From: Flavobacteriaceae bacterium
GTDB taxonomy: Bacteria > Bacteroidota > Bacteroidia > Flavobacteriales > Flavobacteriaceae
Direction of reading: 5' to 3'
Length of the DNA stretch: 32,014 nucleotides
NCBI GenBank assembly: GCA_020347545.1
Contig: CP070731.1
Span: forward strand, 1,238,967 to 1,270,980
Made by a program: the position numbers and the translations under genes. Of the stretch, positions 1 to 9,044 are shown piece by piece (positions within the stretch are counted from its first letter, which is position 1; every line of letters starts with the position of its first letter). Below the pieces are notes generated by a model that saw only the letters and a program-made list of their open reading frames with translations, was not told the DNA's origin and ran no database searches.

Positions 1-58
1 TATTTCTGTTAACCCTAGGTCATTTTAAAACAATAAGAGTATAAAGTCGACATACTGA

Positions 59-1105
59 ATGGTAAAAAAGAACCTTCTTTTATTTATTTGGGTTTGGTTG
101 TTGATCTCCAAAACGAACTACGGGCAGGTTAAAGATTCGAACAATAAATCAATTGTATTTTACAACGTCGAAAATCTTTTTGATACAATTGATGACCCAG
201 ATACTTTTGATGAAGATTATACATTGGAGGGGAGGTACAACTATAGTAATAGAGATTATCAGGAAAAAATAGATAAAACGGCAAAAGTACTTTCCGAAAT
301 CGGATACTCCGGATCGAAAAATAAACCGATTCTTATCGGCCTTGCGGAAGTGGAAAACCGCGGGGTCCTAAAAGACCTTATCCATTCCAAAAAGCTGCAA
401 AATATTCATTATGAGATCATACATAAGGATTCTCCCGATTTAAGAGGAATCGACGTTGCTTTAATTTACCAGCCATTCAGCTTTTCCCCTGTGTTTTATG
501 AATTCTTAGAACTTAAATTATGGAATGACCTTGGAGAAAGGATTTATACCAGGGATATTCTTTACGTTCATGGGGTCCTGGATACTGACGAGATCCATCT
601 TTTTGTCAATCATTGGCCTTCAAGAAGAGGGGGTAAAATAAAAAGTCAGCCCAAGAGACTCAAGGCCGCATATCTGGTCAATAAAAAAGTAAATGAAATC
701 CTTATCGAAAACCCTGTAGCCAAAATTTTAATTCTTGGAGATTTTAATGACGATCCGTTTGACCCAAGTATAAATGAAGTTCTTTCACTGAACAAAACAA
801 ATGGAGAAAAAGCGGAGCCGATTTTCTTCAATCCCATGGGTCAAATGTTTAAAAAAGGAATGAACACACTTGCCTATCGCGACGGCATTAATCTATTTGA
901 TCAAATTTTAGTTTCGAAAAGTTTACTTAAATCTTCCGGCTTAACCGATGGCTATCATTTTTTGAGGGCTGGAATTTACAACCCAATGTATCTTATACAT
1001 AACAAAGGGCGCTTTGCCGGATATCCGAAAAGAAGTTTTAACAGACAGAAATACAGTGGCGGCTATAGTGATCACTTTCCTGTATTCGTTGAGCTTTCTA
1101 AATAA
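59..1105 (+). CDS. Exported endonuclease/exonuclease/phosphatase (EEP) family protein
   Basis: Motifs FYNVENLFD, AEVEN, HWPSRRGG, GDFND, FDQI and C-terminal SDHFPV of the DNase I-like EEP fold; hydrophobic N-terminus ending ...YG|Q. Confidence 0.9.
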   Translation: MVKKNLLLFIWVWLLISKTNYGQVKDSNNKSIVFYNVENLFDTIDDPDTFDEDYTLEGRYNYSNRDYQEKIDKTAKVLSEIGYSGSKNKPILIGLAEVENRGVLKDLIHSKKLQNIHYEIIHKDSPDLRGIDVALIYQPFSFSPVFYEFLELKLWNDLGERIYTRDILYVHGVLDTDEIHLFVNHWPSRRGGKIKSQPKRLKAAYLVNKKVNEILIENPVAKILILGDFNDDPFDPSINEVLSLNKTNGEKAEPIFFNPMGQMFKKGMNTLAYRDGINLFDQILVSKSLLKSSGLTDGYHFLRAGIYNPMYLIHNKGRFAGYPKRSFNRQKYSGGYSDHFPVFVELSK

Positions 1106-1123
1106 AAAGTTCCAGGGTTACAA

Positions 1124-1459
1124 TTATTCCAGGCTCATTTCCTCGACCTCTACTATTTTATTTTTTTCGTAAACCACTTTGGTTTTTTTGTCCATGAACC
1201 AGTAATACCAGGTTCCTACTTTATCTCCGTTGTCGTAAATGGCAACACATTTTCTGTTTCCGTTGGGATAATAACTCTCCCAGGAAGCATGTAGTTTCTT
1301 TTCTTTTGTCATAAATCCATGTTGCATAATACTACCATCGTCATAGTAAACAGTCACTTCAAACAAGTCACCTATGGGTTCTATTTTCTGGTTGCTTTTT
1401 TCCTGTGAAAAAGATACGGAAGCGCATAAAACAAATAATAAAATCATTATCTTTCTCAT
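1124..1459 (-). CDS. Small exported protein with MORN-variant-like repeats
   Basis: Signal peptide MRKIMILLFVLCASVSFS|Q; repeats of the type W-ESYYPNGN / GTWYYW / VYYDDGS. Confidence 0.7.
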   Translation of the reverse strand: MRKIMILLFVLCASVSFSQEKSNQKIEPIGDLFEVTVYYDDGSIMQHGFMTKEKKLHASWESYYPNGNRKCVAIYDNGDKVGTWYYWFMDKKTKVVYEKNKIVEVEEMSLE

Positions 1460-1514
1460 AATTATAGTCTTTTATACCATCTATTAAAGTACGAAAAAAT
1501 ATGATGCTTCGTCT

Positions 1515-2375
1515 ATGATAAATATCGTTATCAAAAATTTTACATTGAAAGATTTATTAGACAATAAGCCATTGGTTCATATAATAACATTTTTTATGAT
1601 GTTGTTTTTTTATGCTGCTGCATCTGGTCAAAATGATTGGACTGATTACGTAAGTGTAAAAAAACACGGAATTATGTCCATCTCAATCGACCTAAGTCTT
1701 GCTTTTTATAAACCGAATTATAAGCACCTCCTCGTTGTAGGTTCGAATTTCAATAATTGTATGGAAAATGGTTTTCCGGAAGAAACAGGGTTGAATGAAA
1801 TTTTTGCCTTTTCCGATTCAATTGCCCTTTCCACTGAAGAAATTACACCGAATCGCCTGGTGGGTTTTCTTACGTACCAGTGCATGGCGTTTGATGTGTT
1901 TTATGTGAAGGATACAGTGGGTCTTAGAGAAAACCTGAATCAGATGATCGATAGAAACTTTAAAGGAAATCAAATTTACCTTAATATAAAAAAGGATAAA
2001 AACTGGCAATACTATTTTGATTACCTGTATCCAAGTGGTTTTTCTTCTGAATATCTAATTGATCAAGGATATTTAAATGACTTGGTGCTTCAAGGTGATG
2101 ACCTTAAAGGACTGAGAAAAGTTCAGCATTGGGTCTATTTCAAGAATCTGGAGAAAAGAAAAAAATTCAGTGACAAAATTAAAAAGTTGAATTTTTCACT
2201 GGAATCCATTTCCTATAACAGAGATGAGCAGTTTCCATATGAACTCAAGTTGTCGCGAAAAGATTCTATAAGCCCGGAATCAATTTATAAATTAACCTAT
2301 ATGCTGAGAGCTATGTCAGGTTCATTGGGAGGGGTTTATGATGGGTGGTCCACAGATGTGATAAAAAAGGAATGA
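1515..2375 (+). CDS. DUF695 + RraB-like domain protein, probably exported (true start may be downstream of 1515)
   Basis: C-terminal GDDLKGLRKVQHWVYF ... GGVYDGW resembles the RraB-like domain; W-x-x-Y start and DKNWQYYFDYLYP resemble DUF695; hydrophobic segment ending AASG|Q. Confidence 0.7.
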   Translation: MINIVIKNFTLKDLLDNKPLVHIITFFMMLFFYAAASGQNDWTDYVSVKKHGIMSISIDLSLAFYKPNYKHLLVVGSNFNNCMENGFPEETGLNEIFAFSDSIALSTEEITPNRLVGFLTYQCMAFDVFYVKDTVGLRENLNQMIDRNFKGNQIYLNIKKDKNWQYYFDYLYPSGFSSEYLIDQGYLNDLVLQGDDLKGLRKVQHWVYFKNLEKRKKFSDKIKKLNFSLESISYNRDEQFPYELKLSRKDSISPESIYKLTYMLRAMSGSLGGVYDGWSTDVIKKE

Positions 2376-3280
2376 TTAAGGTGGAAAACATAAAATATCC
2401 AATGATATTGGATGGAGGTCTGTCTAACGTATTGGAAGATTTTGGCTGCAATCTTGACCATGCACTTTGGTCAGCCAATCTGATAGTTCAGGAGCCTGAT
2501 ATGATTGTTAAGGCTCATTTAGCTTATATGAGGGCAGGAGCTAAATGTATAACTACGTCAAGTTATCAGGCCACTATTGAAGGTTTTGAAAGAATTGGCC
2601 TGACAAAATCCGAATCAAGAGCGATGATGCTGCGTTCAGTGGAACTCGCAAAAGAGGCCAGAAGTATATTTCTCCAAGACAGGCCTCATGAAGAACCTAT
2701 TTATCTGGCAGCGAGTATTGGTCCTTATGGTGCCTTTCTGGCCGACGGATCTGAATATAAAGGGCTATACGATATTTCTGATGAATCCTTAAAAGCTTTT
2801 CATACTGAGAAAGTGAGAATTCTGGAAGAGACGGATGCAGATTTTCTTGCCTTTGAAACTATTCCCAGCAAAAGAGAAATAAAAATTCTGGCCGAAATCA
2901 TTTCCCAATGTAAAAAACCTTGCTGGCTGTCTTTTTCCTGCAAAAATGAGTCCTCTCTTAACGATGGAAATTCAATTATTGAAGCAGTTAAATCAATTGA
3001 TTCAACTAAAAATTTATTCGCATTAGGCATTAATTGTACAGCGCCCATTTATGTCAGTGGTATCATCAAGAATATTCTTCCTTTTATTCATGATAAAAAA
3101 CTTATTGTATATCCAAATTCAGGAGAAATATACCTTCCTGAAACGAAATCCTGGGAGGGCCTTTCGGACCCAGGTGTCTTTCAGAAAATGGCTTCCGAGT
3201 GGCTGCAATCCGGTGTTGATATTATAGGTGGTTGTTGCAGAATTGGCCCCGAACATATTGAACGACTTACTGAACTTTAA
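2372..3280 (+). CDS. mmuM: Homocysteine S-methyltransferase
   Basis: ILDGG, LWSA, AHLAY..AGA..ITTSSYQA, ASIGPYGAFLADGSEY, AFETIP, Zn-ligand GINC and GGCC. Start moved to ATG 2372, which overlaps the upstream stop (ATGA). Confidence 0.93.
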   Translation: MIKVENIKYPMILDGGLSNVLEDFGCNLDHALWSANLIVQEPDMIVKAHLAYMRAGAKCITTSSYQATIEGFERIGLTKSESRAMMLRSVELAKEARSIFLQDRPHEEPIYLAASIGPYGAFLADGSEYKGLYDISDESLKAFHTEKVRILEETDADFLAFETIPSKREIKILAEIISQCKKPCWLSFSCKNESSLNDGNSIIEAVKSIDSTKNLFALGINCTAPIYVSGIIKNILPFIHDKKLIVYPNSGEIYLPETKSWEGLSDPGVFQKMASEWLQSGVDIIGGCCRIGPEHIERLTEL

Positions 3281-3471
3281 GAAAAGCGTTTTCGAAGACG
3301 GTCAAAACTGATTCTATTTAGAACTGTTCCAAATTTATGTTTTCACCGAAACTACCTGATTTCGCTATTGTTCATAAACTTTCTGTCCCCCACATTTGTA
3401 GCGGTTTTTAAAGATCATATCCGATCGTTAAATCCTCTTTTAATTTAATTGCTAAATAACCAAATCTCGCT

Positions 3472-4668
3472 ATGAAAAATATTTTTTTTGCATTCATATT
3501 ATTACATCTAGGGCTAATTTCAAACGCACAAATACAATTTGAACCAGGACATTATTTCGATGAAAATGGAAATCAGTTCAACGGTTATATCAAAAACATT
3601 GACTGGAAAAATAATCCGTCCCGATTCGAATTCAAAACATCAACTGATTCACCTTCTAAAACTATTACGGTCAACGAGGCTAAAGAATTTTATGTTTCCG
3701 GAAACACCTTTAAAAAGTATTCTGTTCTAATTGACAGATCCAGCAGTGACATTGATAAATTAAGCTGGAATAAACAACCTCAGTTCAAGGAAGAACTGCT
3801 CTTCCTGAGGCTCGAAGTTCAGGGCAGCCTGGATCTATATTCTTATTATGACAAAAATACCTTCAGGTATTTCATGGGTGAAAACGAAAAGGCCCCTGAA
3901 CAGCTTGTCTATAAAAAATATCGAAGAAGTTCCTCTGAAATTGGAAGTAACAACCTTTACAAACAGCAATTAATGCAGGTAATGAAATGCGACGGGATTA
4001 AAAAGAATCGATTTGAACAACTGGAGTACACAAAAAAAAGTATGGTCAAAATTTTTGAGGACTATAATCAATGCGTTGATCCATCATTAAACTATCAAAA
4101 AGAAACAAGAAAGGGGGTTTACAGGTTGTCCATAAGGCCGGGTGTCAGTTTTAATTCGTATAATCTCAGTAGCAGCTATGGTTATATTAAGGAAGATGTT
4201 GTTACATTCGATAATATGGTAGGCTTCAGGCTGGGTCTTGAAATCGAACATATTTTTCCTTTCAATAAAAACAAATGGTCCATTTTGACTGAACCTACTT
4301 TTAACTTTGTTCAGGGAGAAGCTATCGACAAATATGAACTTCCTTCCTCTCTCAAGTACACTTCCATGGAACTGCCTCTTGGACTTCGACATTACTTCTT
4401 CTTGAACGATAAGAATAAGCTCTATCTGAATGTAAATCTGATTCTTGTCATTCCTATCGATTCCAGTGTTTCGCTTGAAGAACAAGATGATTTCAAATTT
4501 GAGAAGGGAACCAATTACGGCCTTTCATTGGGCTTTAAAATGTCCGACAAATTTAGCATAGAATATCAGTACAAAGGGAAAGAAAATTGGGCTTTTGACA
4601 GAGGTTTGGTGAGAAGAACTTCATCATTTGGTGCAATGGCCCTGATCTTAGGCTATAACATTTTTTAA
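3472..4668 (+). CDS. Outer-membrane protein: soluble N-terminal domain plus C-terminal beta-barrel
   Basis: Signal peptide ending NA|Q; C-terminal ~185 aa of amphipathic strands (SIRPGVSF, GFRLGLEIEH, ELPLGLRHYF, YGLSLGF) ending in beta-signal ILGYNIF. Confidence 0.7.
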   Translation: MKNIFFAFILLHLGLISNAQIQFEPGHYFDENGNQFNGYIKNIDWKNNPSRFEFKTSTDSPSKTITVNEAKEFYVSGNTFKKYSVLIDRSSSDIDKLSWNKQPQFKEELLFLRLEVQGSLDLYSYYDKNTFRYFMGENEKAPEQLVYKKYRRSSSEIGSNNLYKQQLMQVMKCDGIKKNRFEQLEYTKKSMVKIFEDYNQCVDPSLNYQKETRKGVYRLSIRPGVSFNSYNLSSSYGYIKEDVVTFDNMVGFRLGLEIEHIFPFNKNKWSILTEPTFNFVQGEAIDKYELPSSLKYTSMELPLGLRHYFFLNDKNKLYLNVNLILVIPIDSSVSLEEQDDFKFEKGTNYGLSLGFKMSDKFSIEYQYKGKENWAFDRGLVRRTSSFGAMALILGYNIF

Positions 4669-4700
4669 TCGGAATTACAGAGACAAACTATAAATTCAGG

Positions 4701-6056
4701 TTAAAACAGAACACTAAGGACTTCCTCTATTTTACTGACCTTTATGATCTCGATACCGGTTGGTTTTCTGGTTATTTTGTTGAACTTAGACAACACAATT
4801 CTTTCAAACCCCAGTTTTTCGGCTTCCTGAATTCTCTGTTCCACCCTGCTAATTGCTCTTATCTCACCAGCCAGTCCTACCTCTGCGGCAAAACAAATGT
4901 TTTGCGGAATCGATATTTCGGCATTCGAAGAGAGAACCGCGCAAACCACAGCCAGGTCAATTGAAGGATCCTCAACGCGCAATCCACCGGCAATATTGAG
5001 AAAGACATCTTTAGCTCCTAATTTGAAGCCGGCTCTTTTTTCAAGAACCGCAAGCAGCATGTTCAATCGTTTTACATTATAGCCCGTACAGGATCTTTGA
5101 GGTGTTCCATAAACCGCTGAACTTACCAATGCCTGTACTTCTATCATAAGTGGCCTCATTCCTTCGAGAGTAGCTGCGATCGAGGTTCCGGTTAGTTCCT
5201 CGTCCTTTTCCGAGATCAAAATTTCTGATGGATTTTCCACCTCTCTCAAACCTGTATGCAGCATTTCATAAATTCCAAGTTCAGCCGTAGAACCGAATCG
5301 ATTTTTCTGTGCTCTAAGGATTCGATAGGTATGATTTCGGTCTCCTTCAAACTGAAGAACCACATCTACCATATGTTCTAAGATCTTAGGACCTGCAATA
5401 TTTCCCTCTTTTGTGATATGTCCGATCAAAATGACCGGGGTGTTGGTCTCTTTTGCGTATTTGATAAGCTCTGATGTTGTTTCCCTGATTTGTGAAATAC
5501 TTCCTGGGGAAGCATCGATCATCTCTGTATGCAAGGTTTGAATCGAGTCAATCACAATAACTTCAGGGTCGCTTTCTTCAGCAGATTTAAAGATGGAATA
5601 GGTCTTCGTTTCGGTTAGTATCAGGCAATTGTCATTCCCCTTTTTCAAACGATCCGCACGCAATCTGATCTGGGTCATGCTTTCTTCCCCGGAAACATAA
5701 AGCACTTTGTTATTCATCATAAGGGCAATCTGCAATAGTAAAGTTGACTTCCCAATTCCGGGTTCTCCACCTAGTAAAACCACTGAACCCTTTACCAGGC
5801 CTCCTCCCAATACCCTGTTCAATTCATTATTGCAAGTATTTATTCTCTCCTCATTTACAGCAGTTATTTCTTTCAGTTTTACCGCTTTTGAGCTCTTTTT
5901 AATGGTAGATTTCGTTTGCCAGCTTTGCTTCTCTTCGCGTTGAATAACCTCCTCTACTATGGTATTCCATTCGTTACAAGAATTACATTTTCCAACCCAT
6001 TTAGGATACTGGGCTCCGCAATTCTGACAGAAAAAAGTGGTTTTGGTTTTCGCCAT
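4701..6056 (-). CDS. radA: DNA repair protein RadA/Sms
   Basis: C4 zinc finger CQNC...CNSC, Walker A GGEPGIGKST, YVSGEES, DSIQT, KNRFG, C-terminal Lon-like domain. Confidence 0.98.
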   Translation of the reverse strand: MAKTKTTFFCQNCGAQYPKWVGKCNSCNEWNTIVEEVIQREEKQSWQTKSTIKKSSKAVKLKEITAVNEERINTCNNELNRVLGGGLVKGSVVLLGGEPGIGKSTLLLQIALMMNNKVLYVSGEESMTQIRLRADRLKKGNDNCLILTETKTYSIFKSAEESDPEVIVIDSIQTLHTEMIDASPGSISQIRETTSELIKYAKETNTPVILIGHITKEGNIAGPKILEHMVDVVLQFEGDRNHTYRILRAQKNRFGSTAELGIYEMLHTGLREVENPSEILISEKDEELTGTSIAATLEGMRPLMIEVQALVSSAVYGTPQRSCTGYNVKRLNMLLAVLEKRAGFKLGAKDVFLNIAGGLRVEDPSIDLAVVCAVLSSNAEISIPQNICFAAEVGLAGEIRAISRVEQRIQEAEKLGFERIVLSKFNKITRKPTGIEIIKVSKIEEVLSVLF

Positions 6057-6073
6057 TTATCCTGAATATGGAT

Positions 6074-6826
6074 TTATCTATATTTCTTTAAGCTTAATTC
6101 TGAACCGTCAAAAACCGCATATGTAAAATGAGAGATCCAGTCGCCGGTATTGATGTATATACTATTCTTGCCAACCTCAATTTCCATAGGTAAGTGCCTG
6201 TGACCAAAAAGAAAATAATCATAATGTTTCTTTTCCAGTTTTCTTTTAGCATATTGAGCCAGCCATTCATTTTCTTCTCCTAAAAATTTAATGTCCTCTT
6301 CTCCGGAGATAAGTTTGTTCTTCGTTGAAAGATACTGTGCAAGTTTAACCCCTATATCCGGGTGCAACCATCTATAAAACCATTTTGACAATGGATGAGA
6401 AAATACTTTTTTCATCCGTTTGTAACCATTATCTCCAGGACCAAGACCGTCTCCGTGTCCAATTAAAAATTTCTTGCCATCAAATTCGAATTCTTTTGGT
6501 TGATGGTACACCGGAATATCAAGTTCTTTTTCAAAATAATCCATCATCCACAAATCGTGGTTTCCAACAAAAAAATGGATAGGAATACCACTGTCTCTAA
6601 GCTCCGCGATCTTTCCTAAAACTCTTACAAACCCCCTTGGAACAACGGTTTTGTACTCAAACCAAAAATCAAACAGATCACCAAGTAAAAAGATAGCTTC
6701 CGCATCGGCCTTTATTTCATCGAGCCAGGAAATAAATTTCTTTTCTCTTAATTTACTGCTTTCCACATCCGGAATTCCAAAATGCTGGTCAGAGGCAAAA
6801 TATATTTTCTTTTGGGGATCATTCAT
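6074..6826 (-). CDS. lpxH: UDP-2,3-diacylglucosamine diphosphatase (calcineurin-like phosphoesterase)
   Basis: ASDQH, LLGDLFDFW, GNHD, HGDG, FGHRH, NTGDW motifs. Confidence 0.88.
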   Translation of the reverse strand: MNDPQKKIYFASDQHFGIPDVESSKLREKKFISWLDEIKADAEAIFLLGDLFDFWFEYKTVVPRGFVRVLGKIAELRDSGIPIHFFVGNHDLWMMDYFEKELDIPVYHQPKEFEFDGKKFLIGHGDGLGPGDNGYKRMKKVFSHPLSKWFYRWLHPDIGVKLAQYLSTKNKLISGEEDIKFLGEENEWLAQYAKRKLEKKHYDYFLFGHRHLPMEIEVGKNSIYINTGDWISHFTYAVFDGSELSLKKYR

Positions 6827-6858
6827 TCTAGGGTCATTTATTCCTGACGAATCTCAAA

Positions 6859-7311
6859 TTAATTTTGATCACTCGCGAACCATTCTGCATAGGAATTCGC
6901 GGTTTCGTATAATTTTAACGAATGTAATAAAACATTTTGAGGTAATTGTACCTGAATTCGTTCTGCAAAATCAATCAGCATGTTTTCACTTGTAGGCTGA
7001 TAGGGAACAAGTACAACTTTATGAGAATGGTCCGAAATGGTGTTGGCCAGTTCTTTATGGGGAGAATTGCTGTTCAAAACCACGGCATGATCAAATTTGG
7101 TCACGATCTCTTTCTTAACTATCGATTTTAAATCCCCAAAATCCATGACCATTCCATTCTTGGTGTGAGATTTATCTTCAATTGGGGTGCCGATAACGGT
7201 TACGTACAAATGATAACTGTGTCCGTGTATATTTTTACATTTTCCGTCATATCCGTACAATGCATGCGCAGATTCAAAATCAAAATGTTTGGTTATCCTT
7301 ATTTTCTTCAT
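6859..7311 (-). CDS. queD: 6-carboxytetrahydropterin synthase (6-pyruvoyl-tetrahydropterin synthase family)
   Basis: FESAH, CKNIHGHSY, GMVMDFGDLK, FDHA, PTSEN, LYET; ATG at 7311 preferred over TTG 7326. Confidence 0.92.
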   Translation of the reverse strand: MKKIRITKHFDFESAHALYGYDGKCKNIHGHSYHLYVTVIGTPIEDKSHTKNGMVMDFGDLKSIVKKEIVTKFDHAVVLNSNSPHKELANTISDHSHKVVLVPYQPTSENMLIDFAERIQVQLPQNVLLHSLKLYETANSYAEWFASDQN

Positions 7312-7344
7312 ATCGATCTTAATCAAGCCCGATCAGCCTGATGA

Positions 7345-8538
7345 TTAAATTACATTCATTGCTTTTCCAACCTTGATAAACGCAGCAATGGCTTTATCAA
7401 GATGTTCTTTTGTATGTGCCGCACTTAACTGCACCCTTATTCTTGCCTTTCCTCTTGGAACAACAGGAAAAAAGAATCCTATCACATAAATTCCCTCTTC
7501 GAGCAAAGCATTTGCCATATCCTGTGACAATTTCGCATCATAAAGCATCACAGGGACAATAGCTGCATCCGCCCCAACAAGGTCAAAACCGGCTTTTTCC
7601 ATTTCCGACCTAAAGTAAGTTGTGTTTTCCTCAAGTTTATCTCTGAGGCTGGTATCTGTTTCAATCAGATCAAATACTTTTAGCGAGGCCCCTACAATAG
7701 CGGGGGCAAGAGAATTAGAAAAAAGATAAGGTCTCGAACGTTGTCTGAGCATTTCTATAATTTCCTTTGGGCCCGTCGTATATCCTCCCATTGCTCCTCC
7801 CAAAGCTTTTCCCAAGGTTCCGGTAATAATATCGACCCTACCCATAACATTCTTAAGCTCAACTGTTCCTCTTCCGGTCTTTCCAATAAATCCTGCAGCA
7901 TGACATTCATCAACCATCACCAAGGCATCATACTTTTCAGCAAGGTCGCAGATATGATCCAATTGGGCTACTATTCCGTCCATTGAAAATACACCGTCGG
8001 TGACAATAATTTTAAACCTGTGTTCCTGTTTGTTTGCTTCGATTAACTGCTTTTCCAGATCCTCCATATTATTGTTCTCATAGCGATATCGTGCTGCCTT
8101 GCACAGCCTTACTCCGTCAATAATTGAAGCATGATTGAGCGAGTCTGATATGATCGCATCCTCCTTCTGCAACAAAGGTTCAAAAACACCGCCATTGGCA
8201 TCAAATGCAGCCGCGTACAAAATGGTATCATCAGTTTGATAAAACCCTGCTATTCTCTCTTCAAGTTGTTTGTGAATGTCCTGTGTTCCACAAATGAATC
8301 TCACAGATGACATGCCGTAACCATGAAGGTCCATCGTATCTTTTGCCGCTTGTATCACTTCGGGATTATTGGAAAGGCCTAAGTAATTGTTCGCACAAAA
8401 ATTAATAACTTCCTCACCTGTGGAGATCTTAATAACCGCATCCTGTGAACTGGTTATGATTCTTTCTTTTTTGTATAAACCCGCCTCCTCAATAGACTTT
8501 AGTTCTTCAGTTAAATGATCTTTTAATTTACCGTACAT
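7345..8538 (-). CDS. kbl: Glycine C-acetyltransferase (2-amino-3-ketobutyrate CoA ligase)
   Basis: [48 protein letters not shown] lysine in GTLGKALGG; ATG at 8538 (MYGKLK). Confidence 0.96.
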   Translation of the reverse strand: MYGKLKDHLTEELKSIEEAGLYKKERIITSSQDAVIKISTGEEVINFCANNYLGLSNNPEVIQAAKDTMDLHGYGMSSVRFICGTQDIHKQLEERIAGFYQTDDTILYAAAFDANGGVFEPLLQKEDAIISDSLNHASIIDGVRLCKAARYRYENNNMEDLEKQLIEANKQEHRFKIIVTDGVFSMDGIVAQLDHICDLAEKYDALVMVDECHAAGFIGKTGRGTVELKNVMGRVDIITGTLGKALGGAMGGYTTGPKEIIEMLRQRSRPYLFSNSLAPAIVGASLKVFDLIETDTSLRDKLEENTTYFRSEMEKAGFDLVGADAAIVPVMLYDAKLSQDMANALLEEGIYVIGFFFPVVPRGKARIRVQLSAAHTKEHLDKAIAAFIKVGKAMNVI

Positions 8539-8619
8539 GGAAAAGCAATATTTAATGGGTGTATTTTTCTTTCTCAAAAGTTTCAAACAGAAACCTTTGT
8601 AAGCTGATAACAGTTATGG

Positions 8620-8627
8620 CAAAAGTA
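8620..8627 (-). promoter_or_regulatory. Bacteroidota housekeeping promoter -7 box for kbl
   Basis: Minus strand TACTTTTG = exact TAnnTTTG, about 80 nt upstream of the kbl ATG. Confidence 0.6.
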
Positions 8628-8660
8628 AGAAATTATAAAGTATTTGTATTTCCTAATTAG

Positions 8661-8668
8661 TATTTTTG
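8661..8668 (+). promoter_or_regulatory. -7 box for the 8688 hypothetical gene
   Basis: TATTTTTG exact TAnnTTTG, 19 nt before the ATG. Confidence 0.6.
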
Positions 8669-8687
8669 ACTCCTAAATAAAAGATGT

Positions 8688-9044
8688 ATGGCCAGGGACG
8701 AAAAGATCAAAATTGAGTGGGAAGCAATTCAAAAAAACATCTCTGAAAAATTTGGAGGAGGTGAAAAAATGGATCTTGATGCCATAGTTTTCCTAATCGG
8801 AATTCAGGAACTGGGCAAGGGATATCAAAAGTTCAGCAAGGATGAAAAACTAAATATCATGCATATCGCCATATGTAAATTGCTCGAGCCTTTTGGTTAC
8901 TATGAATTTGATTATTTTGATAAAGAAGGATGGCCTCATTACAAAGTTCTCGAAGCCCTTCCGAACCTTAAAAGCGGCGAACAAGCTATCCTCATGAAAG
9001 AAGCCGTTGTGTTGTATTTTGATCAAAAACAGCCTTCTCTTTAA
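8688..9044 (+). CDS. Conserved Bacteroidota hypothetical protein
   Basis: 118-aa ORF with its own -7 box; DLDAIVFLIGIQELG, K.NIMHIAIC.LL..FGYY, D.EGWPH recalled as a recurrent Bacteroidota family. Confidence 0.8.
   Translation: MARDEKIKIEWEAIQKNISEKFGGGEKMDLDAIVFLIGIQELGKGYQKFSKDEKLNIMHIAICKLLEPFGYYEFDYFDKEGWPHYKVLEALPNLKSGEQAILMKEAVVLYFDQKQPSL

Noticed and set aside
3281-3293. GAAAA-GCG-TTTTC hairpin after mmuM as a terminator
   Set aside because: Five-bp A/U-rich stem without a following U-tract is too weak to call
3472-4668. Label 'tRNA modification GTPase' that I recall being attached to similar flavobacterial proteins
   Set aside because: No P-loop or G-motifs; it has a signal peptide and a barrel beta-signal
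8539-8586. ORF-track upstream extensions of kbl (also queD, surE, mmuM, M23 and the 22400 gene)
   Set aside because: Downstream starts fit family N-termini, stop/start overlaps or -7 box positions better
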